The notes under the pieces: model-generated
Seen by the model: the letters and a program-made list of their open reading frames with translations, nothing else
Database searches by the model: none
What the model was told of the DNA's origin: nothing
Source of the DNA: Deltaproteobacteria bacterium
GTDB lineage: Bacteria > Desulfobacterota > BSN033 > UBA1163
NCBI GenBank assembly: GCA_037444165.1
Contig: JBBIMX010000002.1
Location: 7,825-71,824 of the forward strand
DNA length: 64,000 nt
Reading direction: 5' to 3'
Part shown: positions 28,697-38,026 of the stretch, in pieces
Layout of the letters: each line of letters opens with the position of its first letter
Numbering within the stretch: position 1 is the first letter of the stretch
Made by a program: the position numbers and the translations under genes

Positions 28697-29748
28697 TCCC
28701 TTTCGAAGCCCGATGTCAGACCACAGCAATGGGTATTCTCCCTCACCGCGATGTTCATCAAGCCCTGGCTCTTAGTCTGAGTTTAGATATTCCATTCTGG
28801 CCACAACTTCCCCATGTGAGTCTCTATGAGGATATGTATATCCAGACTTCTCAAAACTTTCCTGGACTCTCTGTGGATTTTGAAAAAAAGAGACTCACCT
28901 TTCACACCGAAAGGTTCCAAAAAGAACTGGAGGATTATTTCAATCGAATGGACGATCCAGAAACCTATCGACTCACCCCAGAGTACTCTGTCGTGTTTCG
29001 AGCCTTTCTCGCCAAAGACCTCGGGGCCTACTCCGCCATACGAGGCCAGGTGACCGGGCCTGTCAGTTTCGGATTTAAAGTCCTGGATGAACACCTCAAA
29101 CCCATTATCTACAATGAGGAAGTGAAATCGATTCTCTACGATTTCATCCAGAAGAAGGTCAATCTTCAGTACCAGGAACTTCGAGAAAAAAATCCAAGGG
29201 CTTTTGTCTGGGTGGATGAGCCTGGATTAGGGTATGTCTTCAGCGGTCTCTCGGGATACAATGACCAGCAAGCTCGAGAAGATTACCTTCAGTTTGTCCA
29301 AGGGTTAGAAGGACCCAAAGGGCTCCACCTCTGTGCCGATGTCAATCTTCCCTATCTTCTGGAATTGGGAGTCGAACTCCTCTCTTTCGATGCCTTCCAA
29401 ATAGGGTTTATGCCAAAGGAGTATGCCGACTCCGTTGCTCGATTCCTTAAAAAAGGAGGAATCCTTTCATGGGGAATCGTGCCAACAGAAGGAAGAACCC
29501 TTGAGAGTCAAACTCCGGAATCCCTCGCCTCCCTTCTCTCAGACTACTGGAAGGTCCTCTCCGATTACACCGATCTCACTCCCCATCAGATCGCAGAACA
29601 TTCCTTAATCGCACCTGCAAGATGCTGCCTGGTGGACCTTTCTCTTGAAATCGAAGAAAAAGATCCCCACCGAGAAGAGCATCTCGTTGAGAAGGCCTTC
29701 CTCCTTTTAAAAGAGGTCTCCCATCTGCTTCGAAAAAGATGGCTTTAA
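28693..29748 (+). CDS. MetE/URO-D-like (cobalamin-independent methionine synthase fold) putative zinc methyltransferase
   Basis: VWVDEPGLG resembles the MetE IQIDEP motif; HLCAD (His-x-Cys) and ARCC candidate Zn ligands; 351 aa. Confidence 0.4.
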   Translation: MIPFEARCQTTAMGILPHRDVHQALALSLSLDIPFWPQLPHVSLYEDMYIQTSQNFPGLSVDFEKKRLTFHTERFQKELEDYFNRMDDPETYRLTPEYSVVFRAFLAKDLGAYSAIRGQVTGPVSFGFKVLDEHLKPIIYNEEVKSILYDFIQKKVNLQYQELREKNPRAFVWVDEPGLGYVFSGLSGYNDQQAREDYLQFVQGLEGPKGLHLCADVNLPYLLELGVELLSFDAFQIGFMPKEYADSVARFLKKGGILSWGIVPTEGRTLESQTPESLASLLSDYWKVLSDYTDLTPHQIAEHSLIAPARCCLVDLSLEIEEKDPHREEHLVEKAFLLLKEVSHLLRKRWL

Positions 29749-29789
29749 AAAGGAAGAGGACTTCTTGATTTACCCTCTTCTATTCTTTT

Positions 29790-31535
29790 ATGATTAATTC
29801 AATGAAGGGATTTTTTAATCGTCTTCTTCGAATCCATCTCTCCAAGGAAAAGGCTACCGTTGAACCTATTCCTGATTCGATCCTTCAAACCTATCTGGGA
29901 GGAAAGGGGTTAGGGTCTTATCTTCTCCTAAAAGAGAATCCCCCACGAATTGACCCCCTCTCCCCTCAAAATCGTTTAATCTTCACTCTGGGTCCAATTG
30001 CAGATACCCCTTTTTACGGTTCTAGCCGATATGCCGTCTTTACCAAATCTCCTCAAACGGGAATCTACTCCGAATCCTATTCGGGAGGAAAGATCACCCT
30101 ATCCCTTAGCCGAACGGGTTACGATGCCATCCTCATTGAAGGAAAATCGTCACACCCTGTCTTTCTTGAAATCAGTGATCGAGGGGTCTCCTTCCATTCT
30201 GCTCGAGATCTTTGGGGAAAGGATACTTATGAGGCGGAAGAGGCCATTTTAAAAAAGGTTAAAAAGGAAGGGGCCGGAGCCCTTGTCATCGGTCCGGCAG
30301 GGGAAAATCAGGTGAGGTTTGCTGTCATCGAATCGGAACATTGGCGCTCCCTGGGAAGAGCCGGAATCGGGGCGGTGATGGGTTCAAAGAAACTGAAGGG
30401 GATCGTCTTTTACGGAAGGACAAGAAGAGAAATCGCAGATCCAGACCGTCTAAAGAGCTTGGCTAAGGAGTTCAAAGAGAGAGTGGAAGAGCATCCGGTC
30501 GTTCAAACCTATAAAAGATATGGAACACCGATGCTTGTCTCCATTATGAATACGATCGGTGCCTTTCCTACCCAGTACTGGTCCAAAGGAACATTGGAGG
30601 GTTGGGAAGGAATCAGTGCAGAAAGTCTATTAGAACATTGTGATGTTACCCCATTGGCCTGTCCCCACTGTTTTATGGCCTGCGGGAAGATTTCTGAGAT
30701 CAAGGAGGGAAGACATCGAGGTCTTCGCATCATGGGCCCTGAATATGAGACGATCTATGCTTTTGGTGGCCTCTGTATGGTGAAATCGATCGAGGAGATC
30801 ATTTACCTCAATGACCTCTGTGACCGCCTGGGGATGGATACCATTACTGCAGGAAATCTGGTCGCCTTTGCCATTGAGGCATCTAAAAGGAAAAAAATTA
30901 AAGAACGAATCGAATATGGAGAGGTGGATAGGATAGCCGAACTCCTTAACCAGATCGCTTATCGAAAGGGAATCGGCCGAATCCTTGCCCAAGGGGTTCG
31001 AAAGGCAGCCGCCATCTGGGGAATGGAAGAAGAAGCGGTCCATGTGAAAGGACTTGAACCTGCGGGTTTCGATCCTCGGGTGCTTAAGGGAATGGGCCTT
31101 GCCTATGCGACCTCGGATCGAGGGGCCTGTCATTTGAGAGCCACGTTTTATAAATCCGAGCTCTCTGGACAGATTGATCCTCATCAAATTAAGGGAAAGG
31201 CTCGACTCTTTGTGGAGTATGAGGATAAGATGACCCTCTTCGATCTCCTCATCCTTTGCCGATTCTATCGAGATCTCATTACCTGGAAAGATCTCCAGAG
31301 AATGATCCAGTATACCTGTGGCCTTCTTCTCAAAAAGAAAGACTTAAAGAAGATGGCCTCAGGGGTGATTGATCTGGCCCGAGCCTTCAATCTTCGAGAG
31401 GGTCTTACTAAAAAGGATGATCGACTTCCCCGTCGTTTCTTTAGGGAAGTGCTTCAAGGGGCCGAGAAAGTCCTCCGTCCAAAAGATTTGGAATTCATGG
31501 TGGATGAATATTATCGTCTCAGGGGCTGGACATAA
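29790..31535 (+). CDS. Tungsten-containing aldehyde:ferredoxin oxidoreductase (AOR family)
   Basis: N-terminal AOR domain (RLLRIHLSKEK...YLGGKGLG), EYETIYAFGGLC, DxxGxC region; 581 aa. Confidence 0.85.
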   Translation: MINSMKGFFNRLLRIHLSKEKATVEPIPDSILQTYLGGKGLGSYLLLKENPPRIDPLSPQNRLIFTLGPIADTPFYGSSRYAVFTKSPQTGIYSESYSGGKITLSLSRTGYDAILIEGKSSHPVFLEISDRGVSFHSARDLWGKDTYEAEEAILKKVKKEGAGALVIGPAGENQVRFAVIESEHWRSLGRAGIGAVMGSKKLKGIVFYGRTRREIADPDRLKSLAKEFKERVEEHPVVQTYKRYGTPMLVSIMNTIGAFPTQYWSKGTLEGWEGISAESLLEHCDVTPLACPHCFMACGKISEIKEGRHRGLRIMGPEYETIYAFGGLCMVKSIEEIIYLNDLCDRLGMDTITAGNLVAFAIEASKRKKIKERIEYGEVDRIAELLNQIAYRKGIGRILAQGVRKAAAIWGMEEEAVHVKGLEPAGFDPRVLKGMGLAYATSDRGACHLRATFYKSELSGQIDPHQIKGKARLFVEYEDKMTLFDLLILCRFYRDLITWKDLQRMIQYTCGLLLKKKDLKKMASGVIDLARAFNLREGLTKKDDRLPRRFFREVLQGAEKVLRPKDLEFMVDEYYRLRGWT

Positions 31536-31694
31536 CCCCTCACGAAAGGGTGGAAATAAATTTAAGCCCGACAGGAGTATTTCTGAAACCCATAGAACGG
31601 TCAACATCCCTCTCGGGCTTATTCCCAACTTCTGAATGAGGGTTACAAAAAGAAGTTTCTTCCTTTTTTCTTTTATGATAAAATTTATTAGTTT

Positions 31695-33272
31695 TTGGAG
31701 AAACGGACGGTGTTAAGAAGTCTCAGAGCAAAGATTATCATCATCGTAATCGTCGCGGTAGCGGTCATCGAGGGATTTTTTCTCTATCTTAATATCCGAT
31801 CCCTTTCGGAACAGATCCTCGCAAAAACCGAAGAGGAGGCCTTCAATCTCAGCGAAACCATCCGCTTAAGCATTCGAAACGCGATGATTAAGGATCGAAG
31901 AGACGAATATCAGCGGATCATTGATGATGTGGCTCAAAGGAAGGGAATCGTGGAGGTGAGGATCTTTAATAAGCAAGGGATGATTACGGTCTCTTCGGAT
32001 CGATCAAAGGTAGGAACGGTGGTGGACAAGAAGGCGGAAGCCTGCTATGGTTGTCACCGAGAAGATGAAGCCAAGGTCCTTCTCCCTACCGATAGCAAAA
32101 CCCGAATCTATCATACAGAAACTCAGAGCCTCATGGGATTGATCAATCCCATCTATAATGAACCCTCTTGCCTTCCGTGTCATCCTCAAACGATCAATGT
32201 CCTCGGGGTTCTGGATACCACCATCAGCCTTGAAAGTTTTGAAAAGGAGAAGGCCCAGATATATAATCGAATGATCATCTCCGGAGTGGTCAGTGTCCTC
32301 ATTCTCACCCTCTGTTTAAGTCTACTTCTGACCCGATTCATCAACCAGCCGATTCAAAAACTCTTGAATGCAACCAAACAAGCGGCACGAGGGAATCTGG
32401 ATCAAACGGTGAGCATTCGGACTCAGGATGAATTAGGAGAACTCGCCAATTCTTTTAATCATATGATTTCCGAATTGAAGCGTTCTCGAGACGCGATCGA
32501 AGAATGGACCCAAACCTTGGAGCAACGGGTGGAGGAACGAACCCGTGAACTTAAACAGGTGCAGGATCAATTGATTCAGGCAGGGAAAATGGCTGCTCTG
32601 GGAGAGTTGGCAGCCGGAGTGGCTCATGAGATCAATAACCCGCTTACAGGGGTACTGACCTTCAGTTCCTTAATGTTAAAAAAGGTGGATGAAAATCACC
32701 CGTGGAAAAGGGACCTCGAGAATATTGTCCAACAGACGACTCGATGTCGAAACATTGTCCGGGGACTCTTAGATTTCGCTCGGCAAAGAAAACCAGACAA
32801 GAAGGAATGGGATATTCATACCTTGATTGAGCGGACCATTACCCTGGTGGAGAATCAGGCCCGTTTTCAAAATATTAAAATCCTCAAGGAATTCAAGCCA
32901 GACATCCCGAAACTCCATGTAGATGGAGATCAGATTCAGCAGGTCTTTATGAATATCCTCATCAATGCTGCCGATGCGATGACCCAAAATGGAGGGACCC
33001 TGACCATTCGGACGGATACCTACGATCAAACCGTAGAAGTCTCTTTCACGGACACAGGGTGTGGAATTAGCAAGGAGCATCTTTCCAAGCTATTTACCCC
33101 TTTCTTTACTACGAAAGAGACGGGCAAAGGGACGGGATTGGGGTTGGCCATCAGCTATGGAATCATCCAGAGCCATGGGGGAGAGATTGAGGTGGAGAGT
33201 GAAGTGGGAAAAGGATCCACCTTCCGAATTAAACTCCCTATCGAAAAGTCAGAAGAGAAAAACACCCTTTGA
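31695..33272 (+). CDS. Sensor histidine kinase with periplasmic di-heme (2x CxxCH) sensor domain, HAMP, HisKA, HATPase_c
   Basis: Two TM segments flank a 150-aa periplasmic region containing CYGCH and CLPCH; HAMP; H-box AAGVAHEINNPL; N/G1/G2 boxes. Confidence 0.8.
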   Translation: MEKRTVLRSLRAKIIIIVIVAVAVIEGFFLYLNIRSLSEQILAKTEEEAFNLSETIRLSIRNAMIKDRRDEYQRIIDDVAQRKGIVEVRIFNKQGMITVSSDRSKVGTVVDKKAEACYGCHREDEAKVLLPTDSKTRIYHTETQSLMGLINPIYNEPSCLPCHPQTINVLGVLDTTISLESFEKEKAQIYNRMIISGVVSVLILTLCLSLLLTRFINQPIQKLLNATKQAARGNLDQTVSIRTQDELGELANSFNHMISELKRSRDAIEEWTQTLEQRVEERTRELKQVQDQLIQAGKMAALGELAAGVAHEINNPLTGVLTFSSLMLKKVDENHPWKRDLENIVQQTTRCRNIVRGLLDFARQRKPDKKEWDIHTLIERTITLVENQARFQNIKILKEFKPDIPKLHVDGDQIQQVFMNILINAADAMTQNGGTLTIRTDTYDQTVEVSFTDTGCGISKEHLSKLFTPFFTTKETGKGTGLGLAISYGIIQSHGGEIEVESEVGKGSTFRIKLPIEKSEEKNTL

Positions 33273-33290
33273 GCCCAAGATTACTTCGAG

Positions 33291-33407
33291 ACCTCTGAAA
33301 AAGTATTTAAAACGTATTTTTATAGACTGGGGAGGTGGGGTGGAGAGGCATTCGAAGGGTTTGGAACCCTACCTCCCCAGTCTTTCTATGACTTTTTCAA
33401 AGCTCTC
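33291..33407 (+). repeat. Intergenic repeat copy 1 (about 115 nt, contains 17-bp hairpin)
   Basis: Near-identical to 47764..47877; core GACTGGGGAGGTGGGGT...ACCCTACCTCCCCAGTC followed by UUUCUAUGACUUUUUCA. Confidence 0.8.
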
Positions 33408-34308
33408 ACTTCACCTTCTTGAGAAAATCAGAAAACACCTTTTCAAGATCTTCCTCCCTCTCAAAGCCCACCGCACCCAAAAGATAGAACCCCTTCTGAA
33501 GAATGAGAATCCTTCCTTGATATGGGTCTATCCCAGAAACTTCTGCTTTTCCAAAACGAGCATGAGGAGAAGCAAGAATCTTTCCCCTCTTTGCCATATC
33601 GGTCTTGAAGGAATTCAGGGTTTCTCCCGCCTCCTTGGAATCTTTAAAAACCGACAAAAAGAGATGAAATTCCTTTCCTTCGATTCCTTTTTCACCCGAA
33701 TAGAGACCTTGAAAACCCTGTTTTAAGAATTCCCGTCCCAGAAGTCCCTTTGGGAAATATTGGAGGGAACCCGGTTTTAGGCCCCTTTGGGGGAAGAAAG
33801 AGATTTCTCTGGGAGGGGGTGAATGATCCGAAATCCTATTGGAAACTCTTAGCGCCCATTCCTTTAGAAGCTCGGGATTGGATTCTGTGGCATAGAGCAT
33901 CACAAAGTATCTTCCCTTATAAAAGAAACCTGAATTTTCATCAAAGTAAGAATCCAGCCCGATCCCTCCCGGCCGATCTTCGCTCCGAAATCTTGAGAAG
34001 ATTCCAAAGGCGTTGAGGACATTTCCCATATCATAGAGATCCATTTCTATCTGAGTTTGATTCTTCTTTCTATGCTGATAAATCACAAAGACAGAACTTT
34101 GAAAACCATATTGAATAAAGAGTTCCGCCTGACCATTGATGTGTTCGAAAAGGGTCTTCTTATTATAGGTTCGAGGTCCTTCCATCAATCTCCAGCCTTC
34201 GGGAAGACCCTTCAGAGGAAGGAGGGTTTCTAAAGACCCCCCGAAAGAAACCTCACCTCCCATAAAGAAAGACATCGCTAAAACAAATGTCAGGATTCTT
34301 AAGATCAT
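33406..34308 (-). CDS. Hypothetical secreted protein
   Basis: 300-aa ORF with N-terminal signal peptide (MILRILTFVLAMSFFMGG); no recognisable motifs. Confidence 0.5.
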   Translation of the reverse strand: MILRILTFVLAMSFFMGGEVSFGGSLETLLPLKGLPEGWRLMEGPRTYNKKTLFEHINGQAELFIQYGFQSSVFVIYQHRKKNQTQIEMDLYDMGNVLNAFGIFSRFRSEDRPGGIGLDSYFDENSGFFYKGRYFVMLYATESNPELLKEWALRVSNRISDHSPPPREISFFPQRGLKPGSLQYFPKGLLGREFLKQGFQGLYSGEKGIEGKEFHLFLSVFKDSKEAGETLNSFKTDMAKRGKILASPHARFGKAEVSGIDPYQGRILILQKGFYLLGAVGFEREEDLEKVFSDFLKKVK

Positions 34309-34361
34309 TTCCTTCTCCTTTTTAAGAGGTAAAGCCTCCTCCTTTAAGCCTGGATCAAGAA

Positions 34362-35498
34362 TTAGGCCAACCTCTCAATTTGAATCAACTTAGCTTTAAG
34401 GTCAATTCCATGTCTACAAAGGACAGAACAGGCCAGGCATTCTTTGCAGACCTGAAGAGCGTTCATGACTTCTTCGTTAAAAAAATCTCTCTTAAGAGCA
34501 TCCTCTTCATATCCATCGAGATAGGCCCATATTCTTATCAAATCCTGAGGATAGATTCCTGAAGGACACTCTCCCAGGCAACCTCCACAAAACGTGCAGA
34601 TCCTTCCTTTTAAGAAGGCTTGATACCGTTTTAAAATAGAGAGATCCTCTGACGTGAGGGAGGTTCCCATCACTCCGACACACTCCTCAATCTGTTCGAT
34701 TGTCGTCACCCCAGGAACTGCAGCAGACACGTAGGAATCCATGAGAATGTATTTAAGGGCTGCCTGATGAGGGGTGAGTCCTCCCATCTTCTCTTTTTTA
34801 TAGCCACCTGCCTGGGTCTTCATCGCAATGATCCCGACCCCTGCCCGAGCGGCCTGAGCGACAGCCTCTTTTAAATCCTTAGAATGGGTGAAATTGTAAG
34901 CGACCAGAATGACATCGTGGTAATCTGTCTTGGAGGCTTCCCGTAAAAGGGTAGCCATATGGCTATGGGTAGAAAATCCTGTGAACCGGGCCTTTCCCTC
35001 TTTCTTCATCATTGTCATAAAGTCGTAAAGGGAAGGATTAGAAACCTCCTCAGGAGAGTGTAGGTTATGCCACAGAAGGATATCGATATAATCGGTTCGA
35101 AGCCTTCTCAGGCTTCTCTCTACAGAAGCACGCATCTTCTTTTCCTCACCCGGATGAACCTTTGTTTGAATGAACACCTTATCCCGTTTCCCCTTGAATA
35201 CCTCTCCCACCATCTCCTCATTTCGGCCCCGCATATAACAGTCGGCCGTATCATACAGATTCACCCCTAAATCATAAGCCCGATGGAGAACCGCCGGATT
35301 GCTGCAATTCATAACTCCCATACTGACGGAGGTGACTCTCAATCCTGTTCTCCCAAGAGTTCGATATTCGAGAAGGGGCCTCTTCTCATTTTTTACATCG
35401 AACTGTTTTCCCTTTATGATTCCCGGGAAGTGGATTCCCAGAAGTAAAGAGGGAAACCATTTGATCAATTCTCTTCTTCCAACCTTTGCTAAACCCAT
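34362..35498 (-). CDS. Aldo/keto reductase with C-terminal 2x[4Fe-4S]-like Cys-rich domain and Tat signal
   Basis: Start ATG 35498 after AAAGGAG; Tat-like GRRELIKW; AKR TIM-barrel core; C-terminal CTFCGGCLGECP and CKECLACSVLC. Confidence 0.7.
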   Translation of the reverse strand: MGLAKVGRRELIKWFPSLLLGIHFPGIIKGKQFDVKNEKRPLLEYRTLGRTGLRVTSVSMGVMNCSNPAVLHRAYDLGVNLYDTADCYMRGRNEEMVGEVFKGKRDKVFIQTKVHPGEEKKMRASVERSLRRLRTDYIDILLWHNLHSPEEVSNPSLYDFMTMMKKEGKARFTGFSTHSHMATLLREASKTDYHDVILVAYNFTHSKDLKEAVAQAARAGVGIIAMKTQAGGYKKEKMGGLTPHQAALKYILMDSYVSAAVPGVTTIEQIEECVGVMGTSLTSEDLSILKRYQAFLKGRICTFCGGCLGECPSGIYPQDLIRIWAYLDGYEEDALKRDFFNEEVMNALQVCKECLACSVLCRHGIDLKAKLIQIERLA

Positions 35499-35619
35499 TT
35501 TTTCTCCTTTAAGTGAAGGATATTTGATGATATTATGACCTTCTTTCGTCCTTTTTTTCAATGGGATGAAAAAAACAGATTGATAACGATTCGAAGAACA
35601 TGTTATTTTTGAAAAAGAT

Positions 35620-36477
35620 TTGGAAACAGGGGGAGGGATGAAAACAGGGGTTTTTTTTCATCCAGAGTTCGCAAAAGGAGACTGGCCGGTGATCGGCAAT
35701 AAGTATCGGAATTTTCCGGGAGTCCTGAAAGAGATCCTGGCCATGGAAGGGGTTCAACTGTTCGAACCCAAACCGGTCGATGAATCAGTGCTCCTTAAAG
35801 TCCACACAGAGGCCCACCTGAAAGAAGTCAAGAGGGCCTGGTACTACAGAGGGGCCTCCCTGTCGGTGGGAGGTTGTGTAGAGGCAACAGAAAAACTGGC
35901 TACTGGAGAGCTTCAGAATGCCCTGGTCTTCGCCGTGGCCGCGGGTCACCATGCAGAACCTAACTACGCCTGGGGTGGGACCTATCTCTCCTGTATCGGT
36001 CCTTCGGTCGTCCATGTTCGAGAAAAATTCTCAATCAGGCGATTTGCTATTATGGATACGGATAGCCACCACGGAAATGGGACAAGGGCGGTATTCCGAA
36101 ACGATCCGGAGGTGTTACATGTGTGTTTTTGCGATTACCATCGAATCGAGAATCACGGAACAAAAATAGATGTGGATGTCGGCTATCAAACCAACGACGA
36201 GGAGTATCTTGAAAAGGTCCGGCATCATTTTTTCAATCGGGTAAGAGAATTTGAGCCCTTTATGATCTTTCACAACTTGGGTCATGACACCTGTGAGGGG
36301 GATTATGGAGATAGGGGATTGAGTCGGGAGTTTTTCCTTCATCTGGCTGAGGAAACTGCAAAAGTGGCCAAAGAGGTCTGTGAAGGGCGATATCTCATTA
36401 TCACCCACGGGGGATATCTTACTGAAGTGACAGAATATATCTTCCCAAAAATCTTGGAGATTCTTATAAAAGTTTGA
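35620..36477 (+). CDS. Histone deacetylase/acetoin-utilisation (AcuC) family deacetylase
   Basis: DTDSHHGNGT zinc-binding signature of the HDAC/arginase superfamily. Confidence 0.75.
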   Translation: METGGGMKTGVFFHPEFAKGDWPVIGNKYRNFPGVLKEILAMEGVQLFEPKPVDESVLLKVHTEAHLKEVKRAWYYRGASLSVGGCVEATEKLATGELQNALVFAVAAGHHAEPNYAWGGTYLSCIGPSVVHVREKFSIRRFAIMDTDSHHGNGTRAVFRNDPEVLHVCFCDYHRIENHGTKIDVDVGYQTNDEEYLEKVRHHFFNRVREFEPFMIFHNLGHDTCEGDYGDRGLSREFFLHLAEETAKVAKEVCEGRYLIITHGGYLTEVTEYIFPKILEILIKV

Positions 36478-36537
36478 ACCGAAATTGATTCTTTAATCTT
36501 TTTGAATTATAAGAGGAGGGAAAAGGGGAGGTGAATT

Positions 36538-36945
36538 ATGAGGGAATATACGAAAGAGCATGCTCGCTCCGGAATTGACGTCCCCCTGCCGAAAATCGAA
36601 TGTTTTGAAAATCAATTCAAGAACTATGAGATCACCATTTCCATACCTGAGTTTACCTCCGTCTGTCCTCGAACTGGACTCCCGGACTTTGGAACGATAA
36701 CGATTCAATATGTTCCAGATAAGTGGTGTGCTGAGTTGAAGTCCCTTAAGATGTACATCCTCGGTTACCGTAATCTGGGAATCTTTTATGAAAATGCGGT
36801 CAATCGTATCCTGAGAGATTTCGTTAAGGCCTGTAAGCCCATCCGGGCCATCGTGAAAGGGGAATTCAATGTCCGAGGAGGAATGAAAAGTACGATCGAA
36901 GCCTCCTATCCCTCACGGCTCCTAAAAAGTAGAAGGCAACGATGA
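36538..36945 (+). CDS. queF: NADPH-dependent 7-cyano-7-deazaguanine reductase (type I QueF)
   Basis: Catalytic Cys in SVCPRTGLPDFG and QueF motif ELKSLKMYI; 135 aa. Confidence 0.85.
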   Translation: MREYTKEHARSGIDVPLPKIECFENQFKNYEITISIPEFTSVCPRTGLPDFGTITIQYVPDKWCAELKSLKMYILGYRNLGIFYENAVNRILRDFVKACKPIRAIVKGEFNVRGGMKSTIEASYPSRLLKSRRQR

Positions 36946-37391
36946 AACCTAAAAAAAGGGTTCTTTTCATCTGTACAGCCAACTCAGCCCGAAGTCAGAT
37001 GGCGGAGGGATTTTTGAACCATCTGGGCCAAGACCACTGGAGAGCTGAAAGCGCGGGTCTTTTTTCCTCCTTTGTTCATCCCCTGGCCATTCGGGTGATG
37101 GAGGAGACAGGGATCGATATCTCAAAACAGAGGTCAAAATCTTTAGACCAATTTCTTGGCCAAGAGTTTGACTATCTGATTACCCTCTGTGACTATGCCG
37201 CCCAGACCTGTCCTGTTTTCCCGGGTCACGGGAAACGTCTTCATTGGTCCCTCGAAGATCCCGCCGGAGCGATGGGAACGATGGAAGAAAGGCTTAATGT
37301 GTTTAGAAGGGTTAGGGATGAAATTAGAGTCCGAATCGAAGAATTCCTGAAAGCCCATCCTTCTGAAGAAATTAAAAATCCATCCTCTTAA
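36942..37391 (+). CDS. Arsenate reductase / low-molecular-weight protein-tyrosine phosphatase family
   Basis: P-loop CTANSARS (CX5R) near N-terminus; 149 aa. Confidence 0.7.
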   Translation: MKPKKRVLFICTANSARSQMAEGFLNHLGQDHWRAESAGLFSSFVHPLAIRVMEETGIDISKQRSKSLDQFLGQEFDYLITLCDYAAQTCPVFPGHGKRLHWSLEDPAGAMGTMEERLNVFRRVRDEIRVRIEEFLKAHPSEEIKNPSS

Positions 37392-38013
37392 ATTCATTTT
37401 TTAACGGTCTTAGATGGCAGGTTTCATTCATCAATGCAAGGTAATATTTTCCTTTTTGATAACGAATCAAGTTGATGGCTGTCGTGTCCTGAATGATCTG
37501 CCAGAAATGAGAATTATCTAAGCCCAGAATCCCACAAAGAAGAACCTTATTGACGACCCGATGGGACACCAGAACAATCGTCCCTTCCGGATGAAGGCGG
37601 ATGACCTCTTCAAGGGCCGCCATGGCTCGTTCCCTAACCTCGTCCAATGTTTCCCCTCCTGAAATTCTCGCTCGATGAGGTTCCTCCCTCCAGAGTCGAT
37701 ACGTTTCTGGATCCATTCTTTTAATCTCTTGATGGGGATGCCCCTCCCACTTCCCAAAACTCATATCCATAATTCCCTGAAGAGGCTGAACCCGAATCCC
37801 ATGAGGTTGAGCAATCCTCTCTGCGGTCTGCCAGGCTCGGGAAAGGGGACTCGAATAAATGGCATCGATCTTTATCTCCTTAAAGTAGAATCCCGCAAGC
37901 TCTGCCTGTTTTAACCCGATTTCATCGAGGGGAACATCGCTTCGACCTCTAAAAATTTCTTCTCGATTCCATGCCGTTTGTCCATGTCTCACCAGATAGA
38001 TATCAGTCATCAT
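37372..38013 (-). CDS. Histidine phosphatase (phosphoglycerate mutase/CobC-like) family protein
   Basis: LVRHGQTAWN catalytic RHG motif; 3' end overlaps convergent arsC-like gene by 20 nt. Confidence 0.75.
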   Translation of the reverse strand: MMTDIYLVRHGQTAWNREEIFRGRSDVPLDEIGLKQAELAGFYFKEIKIDAIYSSPLSRAWQTAERIAQPHGIRVQPLQGIMDMSFGKWEGHPHQEIKRMDPETYRLWREEPHRARISGGETLDEVRERAMAALEEVIRLHPEGTIVLVSHRVVNKVLLCGILGLDNSHFWQIIQDTTAINLIRYQKGKYYLALMNETCHLRPLKNEFKRMDF

Positions 38014-38026
38014 TCCATCCTTTCTT

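Noticed and set aside
30630-31187. 185-aa minus-strand ORF
   Set aside because: Antisense to the AOR gene
33061-33726. 221-aa plus-strand ORF overlapping the 3' end of the sensor kinase and the intergenic repeat
   Set aside because: Overlaps a well-supported kinase CDS in another frame and runs antisense through the 33406..34308 gene; composition is not protein-like
36478-36537. Possible preQ1 riboswitch ahead of queF
   Set aside because: The 60-nt gap holds only an RBS-like GGAGGG tract; no preQ1-I/II consensus
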